A stretch of DNA of 59,843 nucleotides, counting the filler, from Porpidia crustulata (Eukaryota), in NCBI GenBank assembly GCA_964255105.1. It is 6 parts of 6 records of this genome, joined end to end, with 100 filler letters (N's around TTAATTAATTAA, not from the genome) between each part and the next. Parts side by side here need not be neighbours in the genome. Positions count along the whole stretch, not along the records: positions 1 to 9,916 come from CAXUWE010000867.1; positions 10,017 to 19,917 come from CAXUWE010000868.1; 4 more parts are not named here. One strand, 5' to 3'. Below, piece after piece: positions 1 through 12,431 of the stretch. The notes beneath the pieces are model-generated. The model was given only the letters and a program-made list of their open reading frames with translations. It made no database searches and was not told where the DNA came from. The first letter of the stretch is position 1. Each line of letters opens with the position of its first letter. Both the position numbers and the translations under genes were made by a program.

Positions 1-390
1 ATGGTATGGCCAAACGCCATGTACTAACAACATTTCGCCCGGATACCGTAGTAGACATTTGAAGGTCCAAAACATCCGCAAACCGTTGCTAGGCGTCAAC
101 ACCAAATGCACCTTTACCAGGCGCTTATGCGCGAGGATCGGTCACCGTACAGCCTAGCTGGGTTAGCGTGGTAGCATATGTCCTCGATACTTCGACACTT
201 CATTATCCTCTACTTAGCTAGTGGCTACTTCTACGGTTGTGCTCAACTGTGAATGAGCAATTCAATGTTTACTGTAAACATAGCCGAGCAACTCGACGTT
301 GTTACCTTCGTGTGTGTACTGACTGTGAGTATCTAATTTCTCTACACGGCGAACGCGATTGAGTGAATTGGGTGTCCAAAAGTCAGCAAA

Positions 391-3085
391 ATGCCTCGTG
401 TTGCACAACCAGCACGCGTACAAGTCTCTGCTACGACACCACACAAGTCAGCCCAATCTCCGCTCAAGTGAGTCTCGAAATATCACAAATGAGTAGCCAT
501 AAATTTACGGAAGTGGCTCACAGGATTCCTCTCAACGATGATCGACATGAAAAGGCCATTCGGCTTCAATCTCGACAAGCTCTACATGACCTGCAACTGA
601 ATTCACTGAAAGCAGCAGCTTCTCCAATGCGAAGACTCAACGTTTTCGAGCGGGCTGCGAGCAGCAGCCCTAAAACTCCACGCGTACGATGCATTCGTGG
701 AAAAGAAAATCCTGAGGATATGGCTCTTGAGATTGTTGACTATGGGACTAGTGCCATGACGCCGATGAAGCGTGTTCCCATCCTAGCAAATTTTGAGGAG
801 TGGATGAAGATGGCCACGGACAATAAAATCAACGCAACAAACTCTTGGAACTTTGCTCTCATCGACTATTTTCATGACATGTCACTACTTAAGGAAGGAG
901 ACGGTGTCAACTTCCAAAAGGCCAGCTGTACACTGGACGGCTGCGTCAAAATTTACACGAGTCGGGTGGATAGTGTAGCGACAGAGACAGGCAAGCTACT
1001 CAGTGGCTTGGCAGATAGTGGAAATAAGAAAACGAAGCAAGTGGGTGGGATTGACGACGGAGATAACGACGAGGATGGAGCTGCTGAAGATGGTGAGGAT
1101 GGTAGCAGGAAAAGACTTAAAAAACGAGTATGTCACCGGTTTGGTATGCTTCCAGACCATTGGTATTGATGATACCCGACAGGCACAACGATCGTCGGAG
1201 ACGACATTGGCACCTTCGTTCACAACACTACAATTGAAGAAAATGGAGCTAGAGTTCTCGATAGATCCACTCTTCAAGAAGGTTGCTGCGGACTTTGATG
1301 AAGGCGGGGCAAAAGGACTTCTGCTCAATCACCTAGCAATTGACTCAACAGGTCGGATTGTTTTTGACAGTAGCGATGATGCCGGAGATGCTACTCCTGA
1401 AGCTGAAGATGCCAGGAGACTTAGTAAAGCTTTAGCAGGTGACCAAGGTATCGATGGTCATGAAGAGAACTGGGCTCCGGAAGCCTCCTTGAAAGCAACC
1501 CAAGACATGGAAATAAATCTGTCTACTCTTGGCTCAAGCTTCTTCCCCAATCTAGCCAAGCTTGATGATCAATACATCTGTCCAACGCTAAAAAACTTTG
1601 ATTTGGGAGATCCAGCGGCGTCCTTGGATGTTCCATTCCTGAAGCCATCAGAAGACTTACAACAAGATAAGAACAGTCCCCAGAAAGGAGGTGTAGGAGA
1701 TGAATCAGGGATCTTCTTGGATGACGATAATGCGGCTGGATTTGATGATGATGACGGAGCGCTTGGCGAATTTGACATCTGTCAAGATGCTGTTTTTGGC
1801 GAAGGCGGCGAGACGTGGGCCAAAGCAGTGGTTGTAGAGCCTCAGGTGCGCCTGCAAGAAGGCAGGTATGACGAGGGTGGTTTGGATGAAGGCAATGGTG
1901 GAGAAAGAATGGGCGTTGGCGACTTCGATGTAGAGAGTGACCAATACGTGGTTTCGCTACATCAGAAAAAAGCGGAAGGAGGTCATGAGGATATACTCAG
2001 CTACTTTGATAATGCTCTCAGGAAGAATTGGGCGGGGCCCGAGCATTGGAAGATCCGGAGAATTAAGGATATCACAAAACCTATCGGACCTACATCATCT
2101 AAACGTAAAGAAAAGGAACCTTTCAGGATAGATTTCGCAGCGCCACTGGACCCTTCTCTGGCTGAAATGATATACACACCTGCAGTATCCCATTCGTCCA
2201 TTTCCCTGCCGAGAACGCACTGGAAATCGAAAACACGAAATTTGTTACCCGACGACAAGCATTTCAACTCCCGACAGCTCCTACGACTATTCCTTAAGCC
2301 CAAAGCACGTCTGGGAACATATAAAGCTGGATTCAGTGGGAACCAGGGAATCTCGACAGTTCAGCAGACGGAGGTGCTGGATGGCGAAATGGACGAAGTA
2401 TTCTGGGCCAGGAAAGAGACTTTGGCGAACCAGACTCTAGTGGATGAAAACGCCCCTCAGGGCACCTACGACGCAAACTTCTTTCAAGACGACGGTTTAG
2501 CATTCCCTGGCTATCCACCAGAAGATGAGGACGATTTCGCCGATGCCAAAGAAGCATTCTCACCAGGCGTTGAGGGAAGTCTTGGGACCGAGAGCCAGAG
2601 TATTGTTGGCCTCTTGGCCGGCACAGATGGCAGACAGGACGAGGCGTTTGGCACGCAGCTAGTGACGCAGAGCCGAAGATTGCGGCCTGAGTACGTACAG
2701 TATGCGCGAGTGGCAAAGAAAGTAGATGTTAGGCGCTTGAAAGAGGAAATGTGGAAAGGAATCGGCTTAGGGGAGGTCAGTAGAACAATGTCACTCTTAT
2801 CCGAGCTTATCATTGACTTGTTCACAGATCAACGATCCTCCGATGACAGCGTCAGAGTCCATCCCCAAAAACGAGATCGACACATTGAATTTCACCGCAG
2901 TCATGAACAATCTCCAAAAGGTCTATCCTAAACAGGCTATGGCAGATATATCAACATCTTACTGCTTCATCTGTCTTCTTCATCTGGCTAATGAGAAAGG
3001 CCTTGCCTTGCAGAATCAACCGGGCTTACAAGAACTAAGTATAAAAAAGGATTTTACAGCTGAAATCACCGGGGGCGCAGGTTAG
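391..3085 (+). CDS. BRN1: Condensin complex subunit 2 (kleisin; barren/Cnd2/Brn1)
   Basis: Motifs NFEEWMKMATDNKINATNSWNFALIDYFHDM, NFQKASCTLDGCVKIYTSRVDSV, DPLFKK..ADFDEGGAKGLL, WAGPEHWK and C-terminal DISTSYCFICLLHLANEKGL. ATG at 391; predicted introns 468-523, 1128-1182 and 2776-2827 join the three ORF-track frames; stop TAG at 3083-3085. Confidence 0.95.
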
Positions 3086-4036
3086 GGTTGGTTGCGGGTA
3101 CATATTTGTTAGGCTGGCGTTCATGGGAAGCTCGTTCAGGTTACTTACAGGCATGGTGAGGTGGTTATATGAAACACGTAGACGGCCAACAGGTCTCCCA
3201 TGATTGATTGGCCGAGGCTTTATCTGAACCACATGCCATCTTTGCTAAGTTCTGTTTCCTGATCGCAAAAGTGCAAGATACTGCGACGGAGGAGTCTATT
3301 GGTGGTATAACTTGAAGATTCCCAACAATACTTGTAGACTGAGCACTATGTTTGAAATCGGTAGGGAGGCACGGGAAGATGTCAGGCTCTCTTCCAGCAC
3401 ATTGATGCTAGAGTATAGCAGAGTGCATTGAGCAACAAGGTGTATTACAAAGATACTCGGTAGCACCGTATGAGGACTTTAAGCATCAGGGTGTAGTGAA
3501 GGCAGGGGACTTTGTAGCCCGTCCGAGTATCGAACCCGTCTTACTAGGAAGAGATAACACGCCGGACCAATTTTCTATCAGATCTCGGACGACCCGAAGG
3601 CAGCCACGAATGTAGGCGGGAATAATGCTCTCTTATGTCCGCCGCACACGCTACTTTCCTCCGCTTACCTATCTGAGCTGGAGGTAGGGGTGTGAAAGGT
3701 CTCCGGCTCGCTTACCGGACAGATTGCTCGTCCCAAAGCCCGAGGATCAAGAGTGCTCAGTCATCGTCCCGCTCCGTCATTGGCCAGAACCCATTCCAAG
3801 TGGCTCCGACCGGGCGAATGATGCAGTCATCGTATTTGGACTTTTCATTACTGCCAAAACCACAAAGAGAACACTGCTGTGGTGATGGCCCACTCCCTTT
3901 AGGCTCCCAAAAACATAAGATGTGGAAGCATCCCTCACATTTCTCAAGCCACTAATTACAGCAATTTTCTTTCTTCGTTTCTACCTCTCACTGCCTAACC
4001 CTTGGCGTCACTTATTGGTCATAGTACCTTCCAAGC

Positions 4037-5894
4037 ATGAAGGTCCCTACATTCTTACAGAAAGCGCGTGCCTCGAGCACCAAACCTTCAACAACTACCA
4101 GTTCCACATCGGATTTGGAAAAAGTTCCTGGAGAGGCCGGCACCGTTTCGCCAGTGATACCCAGCGGCGCTATTCATGATGGTGCGCCGGAAAAGGTCTT
4201 CGAAGAGACTGCAGTCGAAGAGGCAGCGGCGCTGGACAAATTGTCAGAAGAACCCGAATATCCAAAAGGGGCAAAGCTCGCTATCATCACGGCGGCTCTG
4301 TGCTTATCAGTTTTCCTAATGGCTTTGGTGAGGTCATTGTAGTAGATCATTTTGGATCAACTAACAGTAGTTCAGGACAATACTATCATCGCTACGGCCA
4401 TTCCCAAGATTACAGACCACTTCCAGGCTCTCAATGGTTGGTGTTCCCCGTATAGCTCCCCTTCGTGCACGACTGACGCGTGATGTAGATGTTGGCTGGT
4501 ACGGATCGGCCTATCTCTTGACTACCTGCGCCTTCCAGCTGTTCTTCGGCAAACTCTACACTTTCTTTAGCATAAAATGGGTCTACCTTTGTGCCATCGG
4601 TGTTTTTGAGCTCGGGTCACTCATCTGCGGTGTCGCCCCTACCTCAGTCGCCCTTATCATCGGACGTGCCGTTGCCGGCATAGGGTCTGCTGGAATATTT
4701 TCCGGAGCTCTTGTGATTGTGGCCTACACGGTTCCACTAGTTCAGCGGCCCATATACACCGGTATAATTGGTGCCATGTATGGCATTGCTTCGGTCGCCG
4801 GACCTTTAATGGGTGGAGCATTCACGGATCACGTTTCCTGGCGATGGTGCTTCTACATTAACTTACCCCTTGGTGCTTTTACGATAGCTGCTATTGCATT
4901 CTTCTTCGAGTCTCCCAAACGACGCAACGAGGATTCCATAGGATTCAAGGAGCGCGCGAAGCAATTTGACCCCATCGGCACTACTGTCTTCATTCCTGCG
5001 ATTATATGCCTTCTCCTCGCATTGCAGTGGGGTGGCACACAGTATCCGTGGAAGAGCTGGAGGATTATTCTGTTGTTCATTATCGCAGGTTTACTAGGGA
5101 TTGCCTTCATCGCTATCCAGGTCTGGAAACAAGAAAATGCGACGGTACCCCCCAGGATATTGAAGCAACGTAGTGTGGCATGTTCTGCTTTCTTTGTTTT
5201 CTGTCTTGGAGGATCGTTCTTCGTCATGATATACTACCTACCGATTTGGTTCCAGGCCATCAAGGGAACCACAGCGACCGAGTCTGGCATCAGGAATTTG
5301 CCGATGATCCTGAGTCTGGTCGTGATGTCCATCATTTCCGGCGTCATCATTACAAACATAGGGTATTACACCCCGTTCATGATTATCGCCTCTGTATTCA
5401 TGGCCATTGGAGCGGGCTTATTATCAACCCTGTCTGTAGGCAGTGGACACTCGATGTGGATGGGTTACCAGATCATCTACGGCTTCGGTGTTGGCTTTGG
5501 AATGCAGCAGGCGTTGATTGCCGCTCAGACTGTACTCCACATTGACGACGTACCCGTGGGGACCTCGATCGTCATGTTTACCCAGACTCTCGGAGGTGCT
5601 CTGTTCATATCTGTGGCACAGAATATCTTCACCAACCGTCTCCTCGGCAATCTTGCTGCGAATGTACCTAATCTTGACCCCTCGATCGTTCTGAAAACCG
5701 GGGCGACGAGCTTGAAAGATGCAATCACCCACATCAATCCCAACTACCTGCCGAACGTTTTACTTTCATATAATAAAGCCATCGATCAGACCTTCTACGT
5801 ATCAGTCGCCATGGCTTCATTATCCTTGTTTGGAGCTGCAGGAGTTGAGTGGAAGTCCGTTAAGGGAAAGAAAATTGAGACTATCGCCGCTTAA
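4037..5894 (+). CDS. MFS drug:H+ antiporter, DHA2 (14-TMS) family, AflT/GliA/Mfs1-like toxin efflux pump
   Basis: [64 protein letters not shown]; about 14 hydrophobic segments; predicted introns ~4328-4376 and ~4437-4488. Confidence 0.93.
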
Positions 5895-6199
5895 TGTCTG
5901 GTTGTTTTTATCACCATTGTCTAGTAGACGCATAGTTTCGGCGTTCTTGGAAGGGATTATAGTCCTCGTAAATATCCATCGCGTTTCATACATGTATAAA
6001 ATAGTACCCCAATGGTTTGAAAAGTAGTATAGGTTTTCACTCGATCCAAATGTTTCATTGTTAGTCACCAGTTGCTCAACGGCTTGATCTGGCTCCAAAC
6101 CTATAAAGGTCTTCAACGAAGCAAATAGTATGCTTCCAGAGCAAGACCATTGTCTAGCTTCGTAAATTCAGACGCTCGATCATTCTCAATACCTCATTC

Positions 6200-8490
6200 C
6201 TATTACACGACCTCGTACAAACTTGAGAGCCACGAAGGTGTAGACCTAAAACCAACTTGGAGGTGTCAATAGAATGACATTAAGAAAACACCATACCGTA
6301 CAGAATTGCACTTCGACGAACTCGAATTCTGATAATTGCGAGCCCGGAGTCTGTACGCCACTAGGATACGACCAGTGAATGTGCTATTATCTATCCTTAA
6401 CTAAATCTTGTTCGAACCCGCAGGTCCGTAAAAGAGCTCACGACGATCGGAGAGCAGCCTCAAGTACGAAACCATTTGAGGCATTCTCGCCAATGCCGCA
6501 ATTTGTTCAATGGACTTACTAGAGTAAAGCTACGCGGAGCAAACCCATAACAAGCCCAACTAGGGGATCCAGCAGAGATACGGTCGCCATCGATCTTGTG
6601 CAGTGGTCATTGAAAGGACTAGGAACCACAGGTCAACGTCGATAAAGATGGTGTCAGCCGCTTTGCTTTGAGATATCTTCTGAAAAGTTGGAGAGGTTCC
6701 TGCCAAAACAGGCAGAGAAATTGTTTGAGTGAAAGAGTGAACAGCGGTACTTGGACGACCAATGTAGATGGCGAGCCCAAGTCGATCAGGCATGATTAGG
6801 AGCCCTTGGCATATGGGCGTAGCTGCGCCGCCTGATAAGGAAGATGAGAATCAGTACTTGTAGACATGAGCGTTCGGCCCTTACGCTATCAGTTTGCGAG
6901 CTTCGAAGCACCTCACACGTGTCTAGAGGACGCCCAAGAAGATACTGGAGCAACCGGTAGGACGGAAATAATTGCCATTGAGCCTTGAGCATGACGGCGG
7001 GCACAAAGATTGGTAGCGTCGAGACTACGTCGATCGAGTGAGTGGCGTGCAGAAGGTCAGCCCTGCATCAGGAATTGCGTCAAAGCGAAGCTCCAAAGGA
7101 CATATATAAGAGGCACTGACGCTCCCGACCTGGGCTCTATCATTGGCCTTGGCGTAGCTCAGAATGCCCTGGACAACGGTTGATGTTTCATGCACTGAGC
7201 GCTTCAATTCTCTTCAGGTGATCGAAACCAAACACAAGGCTTAGCGGCAGTAGGAACGATCCAGATATATTGAAAGCAAATATGTAAGCTATAGTGATCC
7301 ATCAAATAATTTTGCAAAAACAGGACGCGCCGTAGGGAAAACAAGGTCTGGGACGTAGAAGTATCGATTCAACATAGTATGCACGGACAAATGTTCAGTG
7401 GGGGGGAAAATTATCCTCTTAAGAAGCATTCTGAACAAGCTCGTTGCAGGGATAGAATGATACGACGCTCGGCCTAATTTGAGCTTTTGTGGTAGAAATT
7501 GGAGATATTGCAACTTCAATTCCATAACCTGTTGTCTCCGTGCCTGGGAGCCAAATCGGGGCCAAGAAGGGAGTACGTTGCCAGATGAGGGATTTGATCT
7601 CGTCTAGTGCTACGTTGACGGGTGTCTCTTGATCATGATTCCAAAATTGGTATCGTAACAGCGTGGCTATGAATGAGAAATCTGGACCACAATTTTCATC
7701 TCTGTCCCACGTTGTAATATAGCACTCAACGATCTGGATGAACTGTGATCGGTATATGGCTATCGAGCAAACATTATGACGACGATGATCTTGAACTTCG
7801 AGTCGCAGATTCTCTAAGTACCTTAATAACAACAAATTATGAATAGTCAAACACAACATCTCGGGACTCGTGTTCTGCATAAATTCATGTGGTGGTGAGA
7901 AGCGTCCCAAAAGCTATATTCTCCATGTGTCTTTCCCGATGATCCACTTATAAAAACAGCCGGAGCAGCTCAAACACTATTCCACCACATACTACAAATG
8001 CAAGGATACCTATTGCACAACAAATTAAGCTCGCTCAGCCAGTTCCAAGTGCCGAATGTTCGTGCCACGTACCTATCCACAGGGGCGAAATGGGAGAATT
8101 GAGTTTCTGCCTGGGCTTTATGGCACTTTCTGGCTTTCCACGCTTGGACGCTTCTTGCTTCGCGTAGCGTTCGTTCGCTTTTCGTTGTTGAGGTGTTTGT
8201 GCCTATCTTGGGGGTTAGAGCGAGGGTATACAAGTTGGCGGAGCGTGTCCAGTACCATAATTTGTCCAAAGTCAATGGCGAGCTGATCTCGAGATCGTGC
8301 GGACTAGCACTAGCTTCGAGTACGCAGGAATGGTACTCGTATATCCGATAGCCGTATGGAATCGTCGTATGGGCAACTAATTCTCCATCCTCAGTGTGAT
8401 GTGTTGAGTTAATCTTGGCTTTGGTTACATAGGGTGGAAGAAGGGGTGGGGGTTGGATATGGCGGGTAGAACTGTTCTTTCGCCGGCTCT
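6200..8490 (-). pseudogene. Probable eroded gene with a degenerate SET-domain-like N-terminal part
   Basis: A chain of short minus-strand protein-like ORFs (7970-8275, extendable upstream to ~8490; 7419-7910; 7025-7207; 6786-7004; 6560-6793) broken by stops and frame changes. GELVAHTTIPYGYRIYEY and FGTWNWLSELNLLCNRYP loosely resemble SET motifs (G-L-x-A-x-x-x-I-x-x-G and S-x-x-N-H-x-C-x-P). Boundaries approximate. Confidence 0.3.
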
Positions 8491-8591
8491 GTCAAGCAAC
8501 ACTTTTACCCTCACAGCAAGCAAGCTTTACATGGGCATCAACTCGAGACTTTGATGACCGTGCTTCATCAGCTAGTAACACTTCCTAGATC

Positions 8592-8971
8592 ATGTTCAAT
8601 CCACTCTGGTATCAGCCCTTGAGGATGACGATGATTTATCAGAGGAAGCCAGCTAGCACGGGGTCTAAATCTATGTCTCCTCATGTCAGTTTATCACGAA
8701 CCTTAAATCGTGACCAGATGGTCGCTAACTCAACGAAGGTGGGCTTCTATAAGAGCTTTGGTCGCCCAATCGCAAAGGTTTTCCTTGGCGCTGTATTTAC
8801 TTACCAAGTAGTATATTGGCTTTGGGTCAAACTTGAGACTGATGAAATCAAACAGCATCAAATAAGTACGATAAATCTAATCTTATTCGAATGTCCCCCT
8901 CGCTGAAATTTTGCATAGAGGAAATACATGCCCTAGAGGAGCAAGTCAGCAGCTACCTAGGCGACCACTGA
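8592..8971 (+). CDS. Small single-TM mitochondrial inner-membrane protein (resembles fungal proteins annotated Ina17-like)
   Basis: Basic N-terminus, FYKSFGRPIAKVFLGAVFTYQVVYWLWVKLE TM segment, coiled-coil-like tail KEIHALEEQV; predicted introns 8685-8738 and 8866-8918; stop TGA at 8969-8971. Confidence 0.7.
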
Positions 8972-9916
8972 TTTACATTGTGTAAGTATATCGATCGCCG
9001 CTGATGTCAGGCCCACATCAACTCGTGGTCGGTCGGCTCAGGGTTACTGACGTTGGATTTTGAACCGAACAGACCAATTAGACTGGTACGATCCGATTTA
9101 TCTCTCGCCAGGCTGGAGGACACTGTGATGACCCGATAGCCTCAGACACCACATATCTCATGACCCGGCTGTGCAATCGAGTTGGCATGTTTGACTCGTA
9201 TCATTATACTTGATCATTTGCTCGAACACTCTATTACTGGCTAAATTGGACGTGTTCGATCAATGCGACTGAGAACGTCATGTGATCCTATTCTTCATTT
9301 ATGGCTAATCTTATATGTCTGTTCGAGTTTGGTATTTTTGGCCCCTTCAGAAGTCTTCCTACTATTCTTCGGAAGGAGCAGAAACCAAAGCTGGACTGGT
9401 TTACAAATGATCCAGGACTCGAGGATGAATTTTGTTTAAGCCAAGATCTTACTGGACACGGACGATGTTCACCTAAATAACGAGCAAACCCATTCTGGAT
9501 ATCTTCGGTTTGCCTCGACGATAGCGGTGGGAGCCTCATACGTTCTTTGACAACTTGGTTCACGTTTTCGTCGAGGCTGCCATTGGTGAAGATAGTCTCG
9601 ATAGCTATGATTCTTCCCAATATTCAAATTGGCTTGATTCGCGTCACAATCTCCTCTATCTACTTGGAATTCATTCGCAGATACATCGCAAGGGAACAAT
9701 TGATCTCAGTACCATCTCCCTACCCTCTTTCTATCATCCACCAAGCCTTTATAGTAGTACATAATACCGTGTACTATAGTCAAACGTTATCGTTGAATTT
9801 TAGAAGATTTGACAGGATCCTACTTCTAGTTCTTAAAACCAATCGCTGTTTACTGTATAGCGCGGCCAGCGATGAAACCCACCTGTACGCGGTGCTGGCT
9901 ACGAACCTTCTGTTTA

Positions 9917-10016
9917 NNNNNNNNNNNNNNNNNNNNNNNNNNNNNNNNNNNNNNNNNNNNTTAATTAATTAANNNNNNNNNNNNNNNNNNNNNNNNNNNN
10001 NNNNNNNNNNNNNNNN
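9917..10016. other. Artificial contig spacer (N44-TTAATTAATTAA-N44)
   Basis: 100 nt containing a palindromic six-frame-stop core; repeated identically five times in the window. Confidence 0.99.
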
Positions 10017-10086
10017 GCCATACTCGCCTCTGACTCCTCAATAAGACACATAATATCGTCATGTAAACAAAACGCAAATACACACA

Positions 10087-11852
10087 TCACAAACTCGCCC
10101 TCTCCTCCCTCCTCCACCCCGCTTCCTCCGCAATCATCTCCGCCGCCCTCTCCCCGATCCCCAGCACCGTCAACATCGGATTCACACTCGTCATCGTCGG
10201 AAACACGCCCGCGTCCGCGATCCGCACCCCGCCCAGCCCCTTGACCCGCAACCGGCTATCCACGACCGCCATGGCGTCGCGGCCCATCTTGGTCGTGCCG
10301 GCCGGGTGGTAGACCGTGTGGGCGACGCGGCGGGCGTACTCGCTCAGGGCGGCGCCGGAGGTGACGGCGGGGCCGGGCGCGACTTCGCGTTTGATCCAGG
10401 AGCGGAAGGGTTCCTGGGCCGCGACGCGGCGGGCGGCTTTGAGGCCGGCGACGAGGGTGGCGGCGTCGTAGCCGGCGGGGTCGGTGAAGTATTTGAAGTC
10501 GAGGGCGGGTTTGACGGAAGGGTCGTTGCTGGTGAGGTAGAGCTGCCCGGTGGAGCGGGGGCGCGGGATGTTGGGGGTCATGCAGAAGGCGTCGATGGGG
10601 GTGTCGTAGCCGAGGCGGGCGGTGTTGAGGCAGAAGGGAATTTGGTAGCAGTGCATCATGAGGTCTGCGGCGGAGTCGGCGCCGGAGATGGGTTCGTGCC
10701 GGAGGAAGACGCCGGCGTCCGAGTCCATGGTGGTTTGGTTGGGGGGGACGGGGCGGTTGAGCTCCCACATGATGATGGTTTCCGGGTGGTCGAGGAGGTT
10801 GTGGCCGACGCCGGGGATGTGCTTGATCAGGGGAATGTCGAGGGATTGGAGTTGGTCACGTGGGCCGATGCCGGAGAGGAGGAGTAGGCGAGGGGTGTCC
10901 ACGGCACCGGCGCAGAGGACGGTTTCTTTCTTCGCGCGGAGAGTCATTTTGGCACCGGATTGCAGGGTTATGTTCACACCTGTGACGGTGGAGTTCGTGA
11001 GGTTAACACGGCTCACCCATGTATCGGTCAGGATCGTCAGGTTAGGTCGCTTTTTATCGCCCCGGAGGATGGGGTGGATGTACGCTACGCTCGCGCTGCT
11101 ACGACGGCCATCATCTGGATTGTAAGAGACGGAGAAAAATCCAACTCCGGTCTTCAGAGCCCCAGTTTCTTTGATCTCCTTGTTGAAATCATGGATGACT
11201 GGGATGTCCAAAGCAGTCGAACAGGATTGGACCCAGTCTTTACACAATTGGTTGCGGTGACGAGAATGAACAGGCTGTACAGTGTTACGGAGATTATCCA
11301 GGACACGAGAAAAGGTCTTGAAAGACCAGCCTTCGCAGCCAAGAGATTCCCAAATCTTGCAATCGTATTCGAATGGTCTGAATGAGATTAGGGTGTTGTG
11401 TGAAGAGCAGCCACCAAGAACCTTTGCTCGCGAGTGACGAATATGCGAATTCCCTAGAGTCTGTTAACGATGTTGTCCAAATCGAATCTTGTTCGCTGTT
11501 GCAGTGCCCTCTTCAACGCCGTCGTTCTACACTGTCTTTACCATATCCATGGCATTGACGGCAATGATGCTTTCAACTTGTGAAGAGATGATGCAGAGAG
11601 CTACTTGCCATTTGGCTGCTCGGTGGTGCCGTAGTCATAATCTAGTTCACCGCCAAGTAGGCTCAACCATTCCTTGAGGTCAAGCACCTTGTCATTCAGG
11701 TAATCACTCGGCCCAGCCTCGATCAAAAGTATCTTCTTATGCGGTAGATATTCTGCCAGCCTGCTAGCGATCACACAGCCTGCTGTTCCACCGCCAACTA
11801 TCAGATAGTCAAAGCCATCGGCATCGTGAGACGAGAGCTCGGTTGTTGTCAT
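10087..11852 (-). CDS. codA: Choline oxidase (GMC oxidoreductase)
   Basis: FAD-binding [18 protein letters not shown]; spliced [43 protein letters not shown]; catalytic HTVYHPAGT and SVNPM; one intron 11454-11608; head-to-head with an aldehyde dehydrogenase. Confidence 0.93.
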
Positions 11853-12431
11853 ACTTTGGGACTGCTGAAGTGTGGCCTCTCACCCAGGCGTCTTTGGATT
11901 ATCAGATAGAGAGGAGAGAAGGCAATGAAGACACGCTCGATTGGGATTAAGAGAGGAGAGGGTGACAAGTCGATGACAGAGGTCGAAACATGTACAGTAT
12001 GAATTTCAATCCAAAATTACAAAATTGAGATACCTAACGAATTCAAATTTTTCGGTTCGAAATTATATATACAGACCCAGCATTTAAAGAAACGATCTAT
12101 TAGCACGTCAGACGACTACGCACAAGAATGGAAAATTCTGTTAGTGAGCCAAAATACGTAGGTGGATTTAGATAGTGAAGTTTTTCCCGAGGCATTCTAC
12201 TTGAGAGGGAATCTAGAGCGGAATAGGATAAGCTTTCCGCAACCTCTTGCTCCAACCTTCTTCTTAGCATCTTGTACTCGCACAAGCTCGGTCATGTCGA
12301 CGAGGTGACTTAAAGTATGTTGGCTTCCTGTCGGCTGGCCAGTCTCGAAATAGTGCTCTCTACAAATCAGTGAGTGAACTGAGAAGACATAGGGTACTGG
12401 AAGATACAAAACTCTCCACTCCAGCTGAACT

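Noticed and set aside
1..210. Splice-like signals on the minus strand, possibly the 5' end of a gene divergent from BRN1
   Set aside because: No unambiguous frame could be assembled from the short available sequence.
9288..9916. Short ORFs at the end of contig 1
   Set aside because: No recognisable motif and no consistent splice model.
9961..9972. TTAATTAATTAA palindrome recurring about every 10 kb, suggestive of a periodic element or array
   Set aside because: It is always centred in exactly 44+44 Ns, so it is an assembly linker with stops in all six frames.
10256..11125. Long overlapping ORFs on both strands inside choline oxidase (and similarly inside the NEO1 3' part)
   Set aside because: Shadow ORFs produced by very high GC3; low-complexity Arg/Pro/Gly translations.
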